Shown here in pieces: positions 41,201-54,520 of a DNA stretch of 64,000 nt (its first letter is position 1; every line of letters starts with the position of its first letter). Below the pieces are notes generated by a model. The model was not told the DNA's origin, made no database searches, and worked only from the letters and a program-made list of their open reading frames with translations. Origin of the DNA: Bilabrum cf. latius (taxonomy: Eukaryota); contig OZ237744.1 of the NCBI GenBank assembly GCA_965178125.1, positions 744,001 to 808,000 on the forward strand, in the 5' to 3' direction. Made by a program: the position numbers and the translations under genes.

Positions 41201-44200
41201 TAAAATGTCGTCGTGACCGTCCGCTGGGGCTGCATCAGTAGGTGACAGAGTCCCGCCTCTCGACCGGCGGATGTCACGTCCGACGCCAACAGACCGCAGC
41301 TGCACCTCGTACTTGTCGCCATCCTCAATGCTGCTATCAGTACCCAAATTGATTGCGTCAAGCAAAGTCCAAAGGGTATCTCGGTTGGCGCACGACGATA
41401 AGCTTTCCATGTTTGCGTCGATGCACATGTCTGCTGGCATGCCTGAGCCGCCGCCAAGTAGAACCCTTGCGCTAATCGGAAACTCTCGGTGAAACTGAGC
41501 AGCTTGAATGCCTTCTAGATCCCCCTTGGTACGAGAAGTGGATGCAAGGTCATCTGCGGAGACGGTGGACTCAGCGCCTATGCTCACGTATGTGCACGAC
41601 TCGAGGGGAGACGGTGGAAGAGGGAGAAGTTTCATGGCGGCCGCCAGAATATCCCCTCTAGCTCGCGACCCAGCGCCATCTTCAAAACGGACCGACCTTG
41701 ATGGTGAAAAAGACGTGCCTGAACGCTGTGGCCCCATCTTCTCTTTGCCTGCGAACCGGTTCCAATCACCGGAAGAGGTCCGGTCCGACGGCGAGCTGGC
41801 TTCCTTGCTCTCTTGTGCACCCCAAAGCCCCTCCGGTGACTAACGGGAAGCGCTTAAGACTGTGGCAGATTGGGGGTTTGAGCCATTCGTTGAGAACATG
41901 CTTGCTGGTAGAAGTTCTGACATTTCTTGCAGAACCTTACCCGTGGTTGCGACCAGCCCCCACCCCGATGATTGGACGCGCAAGAGATCGTCTATTTGCA
42001 GCCCGCCAATGCCTGCACCAATCTCAGTGCAAGATTCCTTAGTGCCCGCAGGACTCATCACAACATCGGCCCGAATCCGCCAGATCCGGGCACATATGAT
42101 AGGGCACCCACCAGTTCCGATGTGGTAGCCATGCGGGACACCGTTCCACCACAGGAGCTGCTACGTCGACGGCACCGCCTCCGATTCCTGGCTTGCGCAT
42201 ACAGCTGCCACCAGCGCAGCCCGGATCCTCAGGCAGCGGGCCATGTTCTGCTGAGCCTGCCTCCGGGCAGACGTCCGTGTGTCTCCCTCTGCTGCTACCT
42301 GGATCGCCTCGGACATCAGACAGCCAGCGAGGGCAACGCCAGGGCGCGACGATATATCATCGGCGTCAAAGTCATTGTGAACCAATCCAGACAGGACGTC
42401 GTCATCAATTCCAAGAGCTCCAAACGAAGACTGCGAATCGTCGAGCATCTTTTTCATGGCCGTGGCATACACGCTTGGGGGCAGCCTCCCGCTGAAACCA
42501 GCAGCAGCATGGGCAGGTCGGGATGTTGCTGCGCCACTCTCGGAGTAGGCTTGCGAGATTATCTCCATGAGGCTATCTGGCCCACACCCCGCAAGATGCA
42601 CTGCCTGAGCATAGGATCGCTCGTCGTGGGCTAAAGTCAAGGATTTCTCCCTCACTCGAGCCGATATGCCTCTTGCAACCCTCCGAGTGAGCACTGTTGC
42701 CGCCGCTGCGATAGAGCCGGCTGCCCGAAGGAGCGCCGGAGGGATCGGACCCGGCTCATCGCGCTCGTTCTCAAAGTCGTCAAGCTCCTTCATCATCGCC
42801 TCGATATCAATTCGGTCATCTCGGGTGTACTGTGGGATGCCTGGATTCTCGCCACGAGACACGGGCTGGGTTCTATCATGCACGCCAGACTGGCGGCCGG
42901 ACTGAGTCAAGTCGTCACCGAGGATGGGAGCAGCTTGGCTCGATAGCAATCCACATCTGCGCGCAATGGCGTTAAGCTCAGCAACAGCACAGTGTTCATC
43001 GTCTGAATCGGAGCAGATAGTACCGTCGGTATCAATTTCACCGCTCTTCGCGTGAAACTATTTCCGGATCCGAGCAGCCCAAGTCCCGTCTTTCACCAAA
43101 TCTCGAAGGTTGGCAAAGCTGCGCGGCACGCGACTGTATGAACGTTTGGCAGTACCGCCTGACGGGTCATCACTGCAATCGCTGCTTTCAGTGGAAGTCT
43201 CACTATTGTCCCCCCAGCCTTCAACTGACTTGCGAATGCTCTCGGCAACTTCTGGATCCCCAGACCGGGCTCCAGCTGTTCGTACAAATCTCCGACGCTT
43301 CTTCCTGGATACGTTGCCAAGTCGAACCGCTCGAGTGCGTTGAGTATCACAATCCAGTGATTCTGCTCTCTTGATCGCAACCCTACCAACATCCGCTGCG
43401 CTCAGCCCGAACAGCACCCGAACCTCGTCTACCTGTGCCTTGATCCGCATGCTGCTTGGCAAGGTGGCTATCGATGGGGAGCTCTCGCTGGCAGCATCGC
43501 CACTGGCAACAGACACGCCGTTTTGGCTCATGCGGGCAGCAATCGTTGGTGTAGATGAGCTAGAACTAGATGATTGTGAGTCATCAAGAGGATCTGCTTC
43601 ATTGGGTACCACAGGACTCTACTTGGCAGCCCCGTCGCCGTCCTCGCCGATCGAAGAGATCCCAGCCATGAGAGCATCAACAATACGTAGGATACCACGC
43701 AGCTTTGCAGTGCTTACGACCAAGAACAAGCAGGAAAGCCTGGCGTGGATGCGAGTTGCGGCCATCCAGTCGAGTCTGACACCTGGAGCAGGGGACGCCT
43801 GTGCCGGCGATGCTGCCGTCGCAACACACGGCGGCTAGGACCCGCCGCCGGCCAGCGGCGAGCCAGAAACATGCGCCGCTGTAACTATTCGCGCTGCATA
43901 TTCATTCCTAGACAAGAGTTTCACGCTTACGTTGGTCGGAAGTACCACGTGGGAGGGTTCAAGCATGTAGCGGCTCCGACGATGCCCGACCGATATAGGC
44001 CCAAAGACGGACCCTCGCAGTATGTAGGCTGCAAGACCACGAACGGAGACAGACATAGCTGTTTCTTCGTTGTAAATGTCTGCACACGAGTCATCAACGA
44101 CATCAGCGAAAGCAATATCTTCACGTTGTTCGTCTGCGGCTATTCCGCTCGCAAGCTTGGACATAGTAGACTGCGGCCTGGACCGCATCGTTGAGGCAAG

Positions 44201-47200
44201 AGAAGGAGCACGAGCTCGGGAAACGCTCCTGGAATGGCGTGTAGACGCTACAGATGCACCGCCAACACTGCCACCAGCTGTAGATCCAGCCTTTGAGGCG
44301 GCGCCTCTCTTCGACCGCGAGCCAGATCGCTTCCCCTTGGACTTGCCCTTCTTGCTACCCCGCTTGCTATCAGTAGCGGATCCACCGGAGCGCAGGCGTA
44401 TGTCCCCAACATTGAGCACTAATATATCACTAAACAGCGACGTGACTCGGGAAGCTATCATGATTCGTGGCGATGCCACATCGACTTCCATCACGAATTT
44501 GCCAGGCTGCTGTTGCGCTGGCGTAGCTAGCGTCACACACGGCTTCGGGATTCCACTACTAGCTAAGTGAATCCCCGACAGTAAGGCACTTGGTTGCACC
44601 ATGCAGTCAATAGGGGCCTGCAGCTGCTATTCGGACGCACCATCTCTCCGCTTTGACTCGCGATTGATCGTCGGCGGCGCCGGAGATTGCAGCCCCTTCA
44701 TGATCAATCCCGCGAGCGGACCCAGGCACGTGGCAGTGGGTCTCAAATCAATACCACGAACCTTGACTTGCATCACGGTAGAGGGCTAGAAACCGGTGTC
44801 TGGCTTGGTATCCATCGAGAAGCGCACAATTGGCAATCTAGATGCCTGCTGAATGGCTCTGGTAGATCCGAACCGCAAAACCGACCGAGTTCCAGGGCGG
44901 GGTGATGACCCTCCAGCTCCACTGGATGGTCCACTTGACATCTTGGACAGTGCTCGTCTTGTTGCATGGCTCGCGGTCATCCTGCGGCCGATCATGTCGA
45001 CACCACGTGGCAGGGCAGACTCCGGCCGCATCAGGACGGAGTCGCTCTCTGCACCGCTGCGGTCGCAGGCAGCACGCCTTCGACGGGAGCCGCTTCTGCA
45101 CCACACATCCTCAATCTATACGATAGAAGCTGCCTCTGTTGCAGCGATATCACCAACTGTAGCGCTCACAAGCATTGGAGCCGTAGGGGGCGGTGAATCT
45201 TCGTAGCCATTTGCAGTGCCACCGTTTGAAATCTATTGAATCTCACTCAGCTGAGCGCCGTGCATCTCCACATTCGCACCAACATCCTCTAAGCGCAGTC
45301 TCAGGGCAACGTATTGGCCATAAGAGACTGGATACTGGCCTTGAAGCTCAAGGCGAGCGCGGGCTTCTGAAGACGACTGACAGGCCATTGCTAGCTTGCC
45401 AACATGTCGGACTACATTTTGTACCCAACGGCGCGACCAACCGCGCAGGGCAGGAGTGCCATCAACCCTGGCTCCTGCTCCTGCAGGGGGTAGAGGCGGC
45501 CGAAAACTTCGCGAGCCATCCGACCACAGCCTAGGGCTCTTGTCTACTAGGTTGTGAGACAAGGTACCCACCAGCTCCACCTGGAGTGACTTGAGCGAAG
45601 CTTGCAGCTTCAGCCACGGAACGACATCGTACACTACGCCCGTAGAGGCGCACAAGATGGAATTGTCGGGTCGAACCTGAAAGTTGGAGCTTGTGGCTGT
45701 CGGTGAGTCGGCATCATTCCCCTGCGGCAGCTCCAGCTCTGGACGTCGCATGACCAGCTAGGCTGCTTCGATGGGGTCCTCCGGAATGCTTTGAGCAGAT
45801 GTGCTGGTCTTTCGTGACTCGGCTTGGTCAGATTGAAACGATGACACGTCTGTTGAATCTCCATCGATATCGGTCGCGCCGTCAGACTCGCCATAGCCCA
45901 GCACGCTCCAGACTCCATCGAGAAGACCGCTTCCTGCAGATGCCTCGTCTGTCGATTCCGAGCTGGAAACACGGCCACCTCGCGCCTTCGAGGACTTTGT
46001 AGCCTAGGAGGCCCCCTTGCAGTCGATTGCCAGGCGAATGGCAGCAGGAACTCGGCGAAGCTGCAGTTGTATAAAGGCCTCTTCCAGCATAGTCAGTAAT
46101 GCCTGCACAGCCGATGCCGGCATATCTGCGATGGCCTGTGAGGCGACCAGGCGCGTGCTGGAGGCACCACTTGCCTTCCCGTCGCCGCTTCCAGAGCTGG
46201 GCAATCTGCGCCCAGACACAGCAATAAGCTCGGTCAGTCCAGTAAGCATGCTGGCTGGAAGCAGCTCATCCGAGTCAAGCAAGGCACCGACGCCCAGCGA
46301 TTCTCCAACGCACCTCGTCCACGCGCACGTGTAGAGTGCAACGAGAGTCCCGATCTGTTTCGATCCAACATCGACATCAACGGACGCCGCACCGGTGGCA
46401 GTAGCAAGTTGGCCCACAGAGCAGGCTGGTTGTAGTGCATCGGCGCCAAAGCAAGCCATGAGGAGCTGAGATCTGGAGGTGGGGTGCTCGGGCCCTGCCA
46501 TAGACGCGAGCGATTCGCCCGCATGGCGTGGCGGGACTGTGAGAAGGTCAACAGCGTGGAGGGCACTCTGGATGGTCCCTGTCCCAGCGCGCACAATAAT
46601 GTCGGACACGTGAATTGAGGCCTCAAGACCAGCCTCACGGTTGCGAGCGAGCACGTCGAACTCCGAGGCAGCCTCCAATAGAGCCATGTTGCTACCTAGA
46701 CCTGCCAACTTGAACCAATGCTAGACTGGACCATCACCGATTGCACTAATGCCATCAGTCTTAGGTTTTAAGCCTTCTGGTCGCCCTCCTTTCAGAATGG
46801 CGGCCGTTTTGGCAGCCTTCGTTTTTGCACTCTCATGCCAGACCTAGGCCAAAAACGGCACAGGATCCGACAAAAACTCATCGAAATCCTCCTCTGACAC
46901 CGCACTGCTGGCGCCCTCGGGCAATCCAGCTGGCAGCTGCGTGTCAACGCGCTCCACCCAGCTGGGATCCAGCCTTGAGTTCATCATCTCAGCAAGTTCA
47001 TCAGGGGGCAATATGCCGGAGTCTCGCTGCAGAACGGCCGCGTCAACGTCAAAGGGCAGAATCAGCCACTGGCGAGCCGTCGCGCACTTCAGCAAGGCAG
47101 GGGGCACCCACTCCACCGCTGCTTGTGCCTTCTAGCGGTTCGTGCGGAGCTCCTCTTGCAGCAAGCTCACCATTGGGTCGTCCGCCATCGCTGGCATCTC

Positions 47201-49379
47201 TACTGTCTCGGAGCCCAGCCTGGACTGAATCGCCAGCCGAATTGCATCGTCCAGCCTGAGACGGGTCTCGCTAGCAGCCTGCTGCCAATGCGCGTGCTCA
47301 GCCGCCGCCATTTGCACGGACCACAAGACGCGTTGCTCCATATCATCCGCGCACTCCCATTCGTCGTCCGAATCGCTGGAATCGAGGCCGTGCTAATCGT
47401 CTGAGGAGGACGAAAGGTCCACGAGCTCGCGGAGAGGCCGCACGCCCCCCATCAGGCTAGCGCGGCGCGAGTGTCCGCTGCCGCGCCGCAGGCCTCCTCC
47501 AGACGCTGCCGGGTCATGGGCGTCCAGTAGCTGGCGATGCTGCCGCTTCCAGGTTCGATGCCTGGCCCTAAAGTCACGCCGTCGTGCCACAGCAGACCGG
47601 GAAGCCTTCCCGTACTTGGCAGGGTCGGGCTGGAATGCTGTCCTCAAGGCCACTGCATCCTGGCATGGCTGGGCCCAAGTCCGCTGGGACCACCGAGCCT
47701 GATGACCGGAAGGCGGGCGTACCGCCTGGGACTCCCCGTCGCTTGCCGCTGATGTACTACCGGCTCTACCACTCTCTGGTCCCCCGCGCTACAGGGCACC
47801 AACGGGCAGCAGCCTCTCGGAATGCAGCGCCGCGAGGGCTTGCATCCGCTGCGATAGGGTTGTTCTAGACCGATGCACGCCAGCACCAGCAGCTCGCAGC
47901 ACAGAGCCGGTATCGAGGTAGATGCCAAACCCCTCTATGCGAGCTCTCTTCTGCAGGGTTACAGTGGGGTCGTCAGGGGAGCTGATCTTCAGCCCGCTCT
48001 CACGCAACTCGGACGCACTCAAGGGCAGCACGGCAATCTCACGAACGACCACACCCAGTGCAAACGGCTGTCGATTATCTCCGCGGATCCTTCGTCGCCT
48101 CTCGTGGTGGTACCTCCGGGACATGCGGACGGCCGCCCTCCTGCGCTGGATCGATTGCAGCCTCTCTTCCACCCTCGCAATCTCTGCCCTGATTTCATCC
48201 ACGGGCTGCTGCGCGCTCGCGTGGCTACCTGCCGTGGCAGATGAGCCGGAGTCGTCAGCATCACTACCCTTACCGTCTTTGGCGCCCCCCGGCCCCTCAG
48301 AGGCGGAGGCACCAGAGGTGGGGGTCCCGTCACCGTCACCGGCAAGGCCACGTCTGAGCCTGTCCTGATCCGCGACACTGCTGCCCGTCACGCTCTCGGA
48401 GCCGAGTCCCAGCGCGCGATGCAGGCGATGGTGCAGCCGCACGAGCCTTTGGCACAGCGGCCCGAACTGTGCCGCGTCCTGCGTCTCATCTTCGGCCGCT
48501 GGCGCGCCCCACGCGTGCCGGCCCCAGTCAGTGTCCTCGCTCGAATCCGCCCGGCGATCCCCCAGGCGGTAGGAAGGGGGTCCTGCCATGGGCCTAGACT
48601 CCAGCCGAATGTGAATGTCCCGGATGCTTACCGTGGCCTGCTCGATCGCGGCCTGGATGAAGCTGCCCACGGTCGTCTTGCCATCGCCAGCGACGTGGCT
48701 TACCTTGCTGGCGTACTCTTCCAGACGAGCCTGTGCTTCTGTGCTTGCCTTGGCAGCTTCATTGGCTGCAGCATTGTTGGGGGTAGCGCTAGCCGCAGAT
48801 CCGCTGGCACTGCTACCTGGATATGCCTTTTGCAGCCGCTGTACTGCCTCAGCGATCTTGGCCCCAGTTTCCGACAAAGACTAGGCCAGCGCCTCTTTTG
48901 AGGTCAAGTCTGGTTTTGATGTACATATTACGTAAATGCCTTCAATATCTACTCCAACCGGCCGCGAAAGCATCGAAGACCAGTTTACCTCAATCCTTAG
49001 CTTGCGTATGCGCGCGGCAACAACGCGCACTGGCAGTCCTGTCATCCCTAGCGTCGCTAAAATGTTATCTACACGAAGATCCTGCAAGGCGGGATGGGAA
49101 CACAAATCACGAAACTGTACATGATCGTGCGAGTGGGTTCACGGGCACTGGCTTCGACTGCACACTCACAACTTCCTGAAGTACCAGTGCGCTGCCATCA
49201 AACTGTATCGTGTCGCCTTGAAGAGAATTTACATCGACATACGCATCGATAAAAGGCTTGATCATGTCGAGAGCGATGCTTTCTATGCTCGAAGCAACCA
49301 GACTCGACGCCATGGAGAGCCAAGATTGGCCCTGCTCTGCTGATCTGTGCTCGCCATACTGTCCGCCGCCCGCAGACAT
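14252..49379 (-). CDS. VPS13: Giant VPS13-family bridge-like lipid transfer protein (~11,680 aa; exons 49379-49170 and 49081-14252)
   Basis: Chorein-N: LVLQEV|DLRVDNIL..LGMTGLPVRVVAARIRKLRIEVNWSSMLSRPVGVDIEGIYV. Middle: LEAEYYNEQMAIWEPLIEAW, PLRINVS. VAB-type repeats: PYWVSNR, PRYIVVNR, PYIVANE. C-terminal: GPTKIIRVTD, ISILDHMPRELL, LQLDNQL, LELLGNPLGLL, ATG_C-like GVTGIVLTPY..GILLGITGAAVKSIGG, RQRPPRY. All minus-strand ORF-track fragments share one frame; I read most gaps between them and found only TAG. Ends TGA at 14252. Confidence 0.93.
21890..22375 (-). other. C2 domain within VPS13
   Basis: LWVQVVSAIGLPAGD...SDPFCRV...TRRVPETLDPVWGESFTF...VTVFDYDTGSSNDILG...GWFPI. Confidence 0.9.
29550..30280 (-). 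other. PH-like domain with a long insertion, within VPS13
   Basis: AGQLWKWSATHDDWRHRYAAVFGDRLCLFRS at the start; terminal helix LAFANLEEFLAWRGVL. Confidence 0.65.
49082..49169 (-). other. Spliceosomal intron in the VPS13 chorein-N region (88 nt)
   Basis: GTGAGT...TTGCAG, phase 0; joins LQEV to DLRVDN. Confidence 0.85.
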
Positions 49380-49900
49380 GTTAAGAGTCAACTGAAAAAG
49401 TGTCGCCCTGTCGACCGAGCTGTTGGTAAGTAAGTATTGTGGCGCCGTTCAAAAACCGCACCAAACCGCACCGCTGTCGTCTACCAGTGTGATGAGTGCA
49501 CGTTGGATCTGCAGGATATGATGGTGAGCGACAGGCTTGCGCAGTGTGCAAGAACAAGACAAATCGCACAGCTGGAACGCGGACCGTGCTGCACAGCAAC
49601 CATAAGAAAAATACAAAGCCTCGGTAAGGGAATCCATTCCACCGCACACGTCGTATCATGTACCCGAGCAACGACGGACGGGCGCACGTTGTGTGTGGAC
49701 ATGTCGGCTTGTGCACCTAGCTCGCCTGATGGGTCGAACGACGTGGTGCCCAAAGACCCCCATGTACAACTTTCTAGTACGCAATCCAATCTACTTGGTT
49801 TGATGCGTGCAGGATCGAGCCTATGCCTGCCAACCAGATCCAGCGATACCGATTTGGTCGATTTGGTCACCATCAATAAGATCTACCGCAGACTCTAAGC

Positions 49901-50710
49901 ATGGCCACTGCGATACGAGTCCAAGAGAAAAGAAGCGTAACTTAGGAACAAATAGGAGCTACAACACGAATTGACGGGGACAGGACCGTTGCTGAGGCAG
50001 TTATAGCGAACGTTGCCGCGTTCTTGCTGCAGAACGTGCCCCCCCACGAGATACAAAGCAGCGCGATGCTCCGCAACCTCACGATCAAGCCACTGACGAA
50101 CACGGAAATCCTGGCAGGATTTAAACTAATACAGGACATCGATATCATCGTGGTCGTCAGCAACGACACCAACCGAGACCCCTCGGATGGCGGCGTCATG
50201 TGCACCCGCGGGCTCACAGTTCACCTGGACCGCAATGTCACCTTCCTGTCGGCCTCCGACAGGCACGCACTAATGGCCAAACACGGCTCCAGGCGCTCGC
50301 TAAATATGATGGGCATCTCCAAGCAGGCCTATGAAGCCCTGGGCAGAGAGGTGGTGCGTGTGATGCAGCAGACCGGAAGCAGGAGCCCCCGGCGCATCGC
50401 CGTGGTGGTCCCATCGCACGGACCAGCACCCGTGCCGGCAGCCGCAGCTGTTCCCGCTCCTGCACGCGGATTTACATTGGAGGAGCAACTAACAGGATTC
50501 GTCGCCAAGATTTTCATCTGCATGGTTCTCAGTTTCGCATGCGCTCTGTTCATCATGCTCTTAGTGGGGATTGGTCTTCTGGCCTCGTGCTAGAAGGGCG
50601 ATTCCGAACAATGCGATGCGAGACGGAGATCAGGCTCGTGGCTTGTCGCTATTCCGTGCATCATGGTGTGCTGCGGATGTGTGGCAATCTTGTCTAGCAA
50701 GAAAAGATAA
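49901..50710 (+). CDS. Hypothetical membrane protein with two C-terminal hydrophobic helices (~269 aa)
   Basis: ATG 49901 to TAA 50708 with TAG at 49943 and 50591. Hydrophobic stretches IFICMVLSFACALFIMLLVGIGLLA and WLVAIPCIMVCCGCVAIL flank the second TAG. No family recognised; upstream exons are possible. Confidence 0.6.
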
Positions 50711-50933
50711 GAACCAACCCGCCGGCAGATTCAGTTCTTGGGAGCAGTGCAGTGCAGTTGCAGTAGAGCCCACCTCGACGGTACGATGTCAACGGAATTG
50801 CTCTTTTTTTCTGGAATGCGACTTCTTCTGCCAGTTATTTAGTGGCATGTACTTAATTCAAGCGAGCATTCCAATAGTGCAGGTTATCGCGCACAATCCT
50901 GGTGCGTTGCCAATATTATTTTTTCAATGAACA

Positions 50934-52037
50934 TCAAGTTCGCCGCTTCTTCGTAGGCTGTGCCTTGGATTTGCTTGCAGCTTTCCCCGCATCCTTTCCG
51001 GGAGTCTTTTTCCCTGAGGCCACAGAACTCTTGCTGCCCGCCTTCCCCGTGCCCTTGGCTTTTCTCTTGGTCTTGCTTGCCTTGCCGTCTTGCTTCCCCT
51101 CGACCTCGACCACATCGTCATCGCTGCCGCTGTCAGGATCGGCCAAACTGTCGCCACCGCTAATATCGGCCCTGCTTCGCTTGCCGCCAGCAGATTTGGC
51201 GGAAGAGGCTTTCCCGGAAGACTTCTTGGAGGCCTTGGGTGACCCCTTTCTCGACGCGGCGGCGCTGGATGATGATGATGATGATGATGAAGACAAAGAT
51301 GAAGACGAAGCCGCCCCGCCCGCCACTGCACTGCCCCTAGCAGCCGCTCGGGCAGCACCCCTGGCCTGCGCCTTCCTTGCTTTGGCACCCGCCCCAGCCG
51401 CGCTCTTCTCGAGGAGCTTCGCGTTGAGTCCCATCTGAATGGTCCTGTCTAGCTCCGCGGCGTGCTCCATGAGCCTGAAGAACTCGTCCGAGTACTCCCT
51501 CGTCGCTGGACCGGACGAGTCGGGCCCGCCGCCGATCTCGTCATACCGTCTAGCCACGAACCGCACTAGGTCGGCCAGCCTCTGCTGGAGCTGCCGCTGC
51601 TCGGTGGCGGCCAGCCTCTCCACGACGATCAGCCTGGGCAAGCGAGTGAAGAGCCGAAGCAGGTGCTCCACTCCGTATATCTCCGACCATGGGATGTCTG
51701 GCTCGGTCTCGAGCTGCTGGTTCAGAATCGTGTCTTCGATCTCGTCGAACTGCTGCCTCTCGAACCTGTATATGAGGTACACGGGCAGAGACCGGTCGAA
51801 GTAGAGCTTCACGCCCTCAGTGATCTCTCGGGCTGCGAGCAGTTCCGGCTTGTTCGCCTTCTCTCGGCGCTTGGTGGCGACGTACTCGTCCAGGATGCGT
51901 GCCACGGTCCACCCTCGCTGGCCCTTGGCGAAGTAGTCGGCAGGGAGACCGTCCTAGTCCGCTGCCGCTGACGACGCGGCCGAGGATTCAGAGGAGCTGC
52001 CGCTGCTGCTGCTCTTGGAGTTCTTGCTAGAAGAGGA

Positions 52038-52068
<31 letters not shown>

Positions 52069-52700
52069 CTGCGGAACGCAGCGCCGCCCGAAGCTGCGGG
52101 TCTGTCTTCGAGGTGGGTCAGTCCAGTGCTGCAGTACTTGAGCGCCGGCGATCCGTCCTTTGGAAGCCGGATGAGATACCGTCGCTTGGTGGTCCGCTCC
52201 CAGTCATCAACGAGAGCAACCTTGAGAACTGTTGGGAGATTTAAGCGGAACTGCACGTCGGGCTTTTCCATGACAATGCCCTCCCTCGCCAATTGGGCGC
52301 TTCTCATTGCCATGCCTTCTCTCTCTGCCAACTTCCCACCCTTCTATATTGCCTTCTCCAACTTTTTTTTCTACTCAGACGCGATCTATTCGGCTTTCTT
52401 CCTGGAAACAGGCTTCGATTTCCCCCCTTTCGCTCGTGAACCTGTAGCGTTTCGAAGTTGCTCCCTAACTCGCTCTTCAGCGTTCACGCTGACCGCTTTG
52501 GCCTCAGTTTCTGGGGTTATGTCCATCAATTGGGATTCATCGAGCCAGGTGTCCCATTTCTTGTTCCACCCTGGCCAATGGACGTGAAACCTGGTCTTGG
52601 AGGCATCCTTTTTGCTGATTTTCGTAATCTTAGCTTTATAAATCATTGTTCCAAAATAGCCCAGCAGCTCATCACCAACATTCCATGATTTCGGTGGCAT
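50934..52700 (-). CDS. MRG15/Eaf3-family chromatin protein (chromo-barrel plus MRG domain, ~588 aa)
   Basis: VGDELLGYFGTMIYKAKI...FHVHWPGWNKKWDTWL; LPTVLKVALVDDWE...LIRLP; TVARILDEY, GVKLYFDRSL..YLIYRFERQQ, SEIYGVEHLLRLF. TAG at 52386, 52371, 52344, 51954; ends TGA. Confidence 0.92.
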
Positions 52701-52900
52701 CTTAGCCAGAAGCACGCTCCAACTTGCCTGCTATGCTCGATCTATCGGGGCAACTGGATTGAATTGAATGTTCCGCTGTATTGCGCGGCGCCGCACAGTG
52801 GACACAAGAATCCAAGCGTGATGTCAAAAATCATTCCTGCTGCAGCTACACGCGGCAGCCATCGTGTTGAGCCGCCTCGGTATAACCTGGACCTTCCTTT

Positions 52901-54475
52901 ATGTCGAAAATTAAATTTGAGAAAGAATCTGTGCAGACGGCATAGCCAAGCCGGTCGCTTCTAGGAGCTTCCCTGGCCACAAGGTGCGTGTATCGATTGC
53001 TGTGGCCAGTCTCCGGCTGCCTCACCTACGTCTCGCTAAGAAGCGCAGCGTTGAGGGGCAAACGGTCGGCTTTCTAGTCCTTATTAGCTGAATGGAAGCT
53101 CATCGCTGCTGGCCGTGTGAACGTTTCGCTGCTTGGCATCGCTCCAGTTTTCTGTTTCGCTTTCTCTTGTCTTGCAGCTCGCGTTCTGAGGGGGCTTCTA
53201 GCGTACCAATGCCTGTAGGCCCAGTCGAAGTGCAAGAGGTTGTCGCACCAGAGCTTGCCATCGGCTCGCTCGGTCCCACTGGCCCAATCGGAGGTGCGAG
53301 CAGGGCTTCGACGAGCTCCGTGCTTGGGTTCAGAGTGGACTAGGTCATAAAGGCCGTGCTACGCGCTACGACAAATCCAAAACTAAGCGCCGTTCCCGGA
53401 TTCCCTCTTGGTCAAGACCACACTCAGTATAGCTTGCGATTGGCCGGAGACGATGGCGTAGAGGTGGACGAGGATTTTCCAGGTGAGATGGCAGCGACAT
53501 GAATAGGCAAGTCACGAGCAAACCCAGTAAAAGAATAGGGGTTCAGGCTTGCTCCCTGCCACTCTGGTGCACAAGTCCCGCCTGCCGCACTCTCTCGCAG
53601 AAATCGACTTTGACGTGCAGCTCACATCGGTTGGGGTGGAAAAGTTCATCCTCACAGAGGCCGGCAGCTCCGCTCCCGTCGTGCGGCTGAGCGTGCCCTC
53701 TGCGTCTCTCCAGCTCAGGATATGCGAGCTCGGCGCGGCGGACGAGCTACCGGTGTCCTGCATCGTCGCGCCCGTTGCAGCGCCGCAGCAGGCGGCAGGC
53801 GCGTCAAGCGGAGCAGGCCCAGGCCCAGCACCGGCCAGCTCTTCAGCCACAGAGGATGCCAGGCGCGGGAGCACCGGCAGGGCGACTGCATTGGTTCAGT
53901 TTCAGGTAAAGATGCGCAGCCCATAGTCCAGGTCAAGGGGCCTTGCAGGCATGGGGCCAGGGGGTGCAGGGGGTCAGTCGGCTCCCAGGGGACTGGCAGA
54001 GACGCCTGCCGTGGCCGTTACTTTTGGCGGGGCGCGGTCGCTTGCATACTAGCTAGCGCAATAGGGCGTGCCTGCTGGGTCGGAGTTCGCTGGGGCTGGT
54101 GAGGCTAGCAGGACTGGACTGGGCAGCGATGTCGGTGCTGGTGTTGGTGGTGTAGGTGTAGTGGCTGTGGGCGAGGCACCAGTGGCTCCTGTGGCAGCGG
54201 CAGCCGGTGGTGTGCAGCTAACCTCTCCTGGTGCGGGTAGCGCAGGGGCAGTCCTCGAAGGCAAGCGGGCAGAGAGCGCGGGGACGAGCTGGGGCTCATC
54301 GGAAGACGCCCCGGCGGAGAGCAAGGCTGGCGAGTCTAGGGAGAGCACCCAAAGCCACGCCATGCATGCGGGCAGCGTGGAGTCCCAGGAGGGAAACATC
54401 TTGGATGCCACAGTCGCGGACCCTTCTGCTGGTAATGGTAGTGGTGGGGGTGAAGGGCGAAAACCAGCAGTCTGA
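52901..54475 (+). CDS. SIN1/Avo1-like CRIM-domain protein (~438 aa; exons 52901-52983, 53178-53482, 53547-54475)
   Basis: FRVD(TAG)VIKAVL...YSLRLAGDDGVEVDEDFP|GLLPATLVHK resembles the CRIM motif (L.IVEDDGEVD.DFP.L). Introns 52984-53177 (GTGCGT..TTGCAG) and 53483-53546 (GTGAGA..TTCAG) splice in frame. TAG at 52943, 53341, 53924, 54050, 54062; ends TGA. Confidence 0.65.
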
Positions 54476-54520
54476 CGACTTGAGCTGTTGACCGCTTTGT
54501 TGCTTGTTTGCTTGTCCTGT

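Noticed and set aside
14252-49081. Dozens of separate small genes suggested by the ORF track
   Set aside because: The minus-strand fragments share one frame and give VPS13 motifs in the expected order; the plus-strand ORFs are shadows.
4057-49379. Pseudogene cluster or sequencing errors as the cause of internal stops
   Set aside because: Only TAG interrupts the frames, there are no frameshifts over 35 kb, catalytic motifs are intact, and housekeeping genes are affected too.
49437-49898. 153-aa + ORF and 131-aa - ORF between VPS13 and the membrane protein
   Set aside because: No recognisable motif; the region has splice-like signals and more likely holds promoter, UTR or intron sequence. A small exon cannot be excluded.
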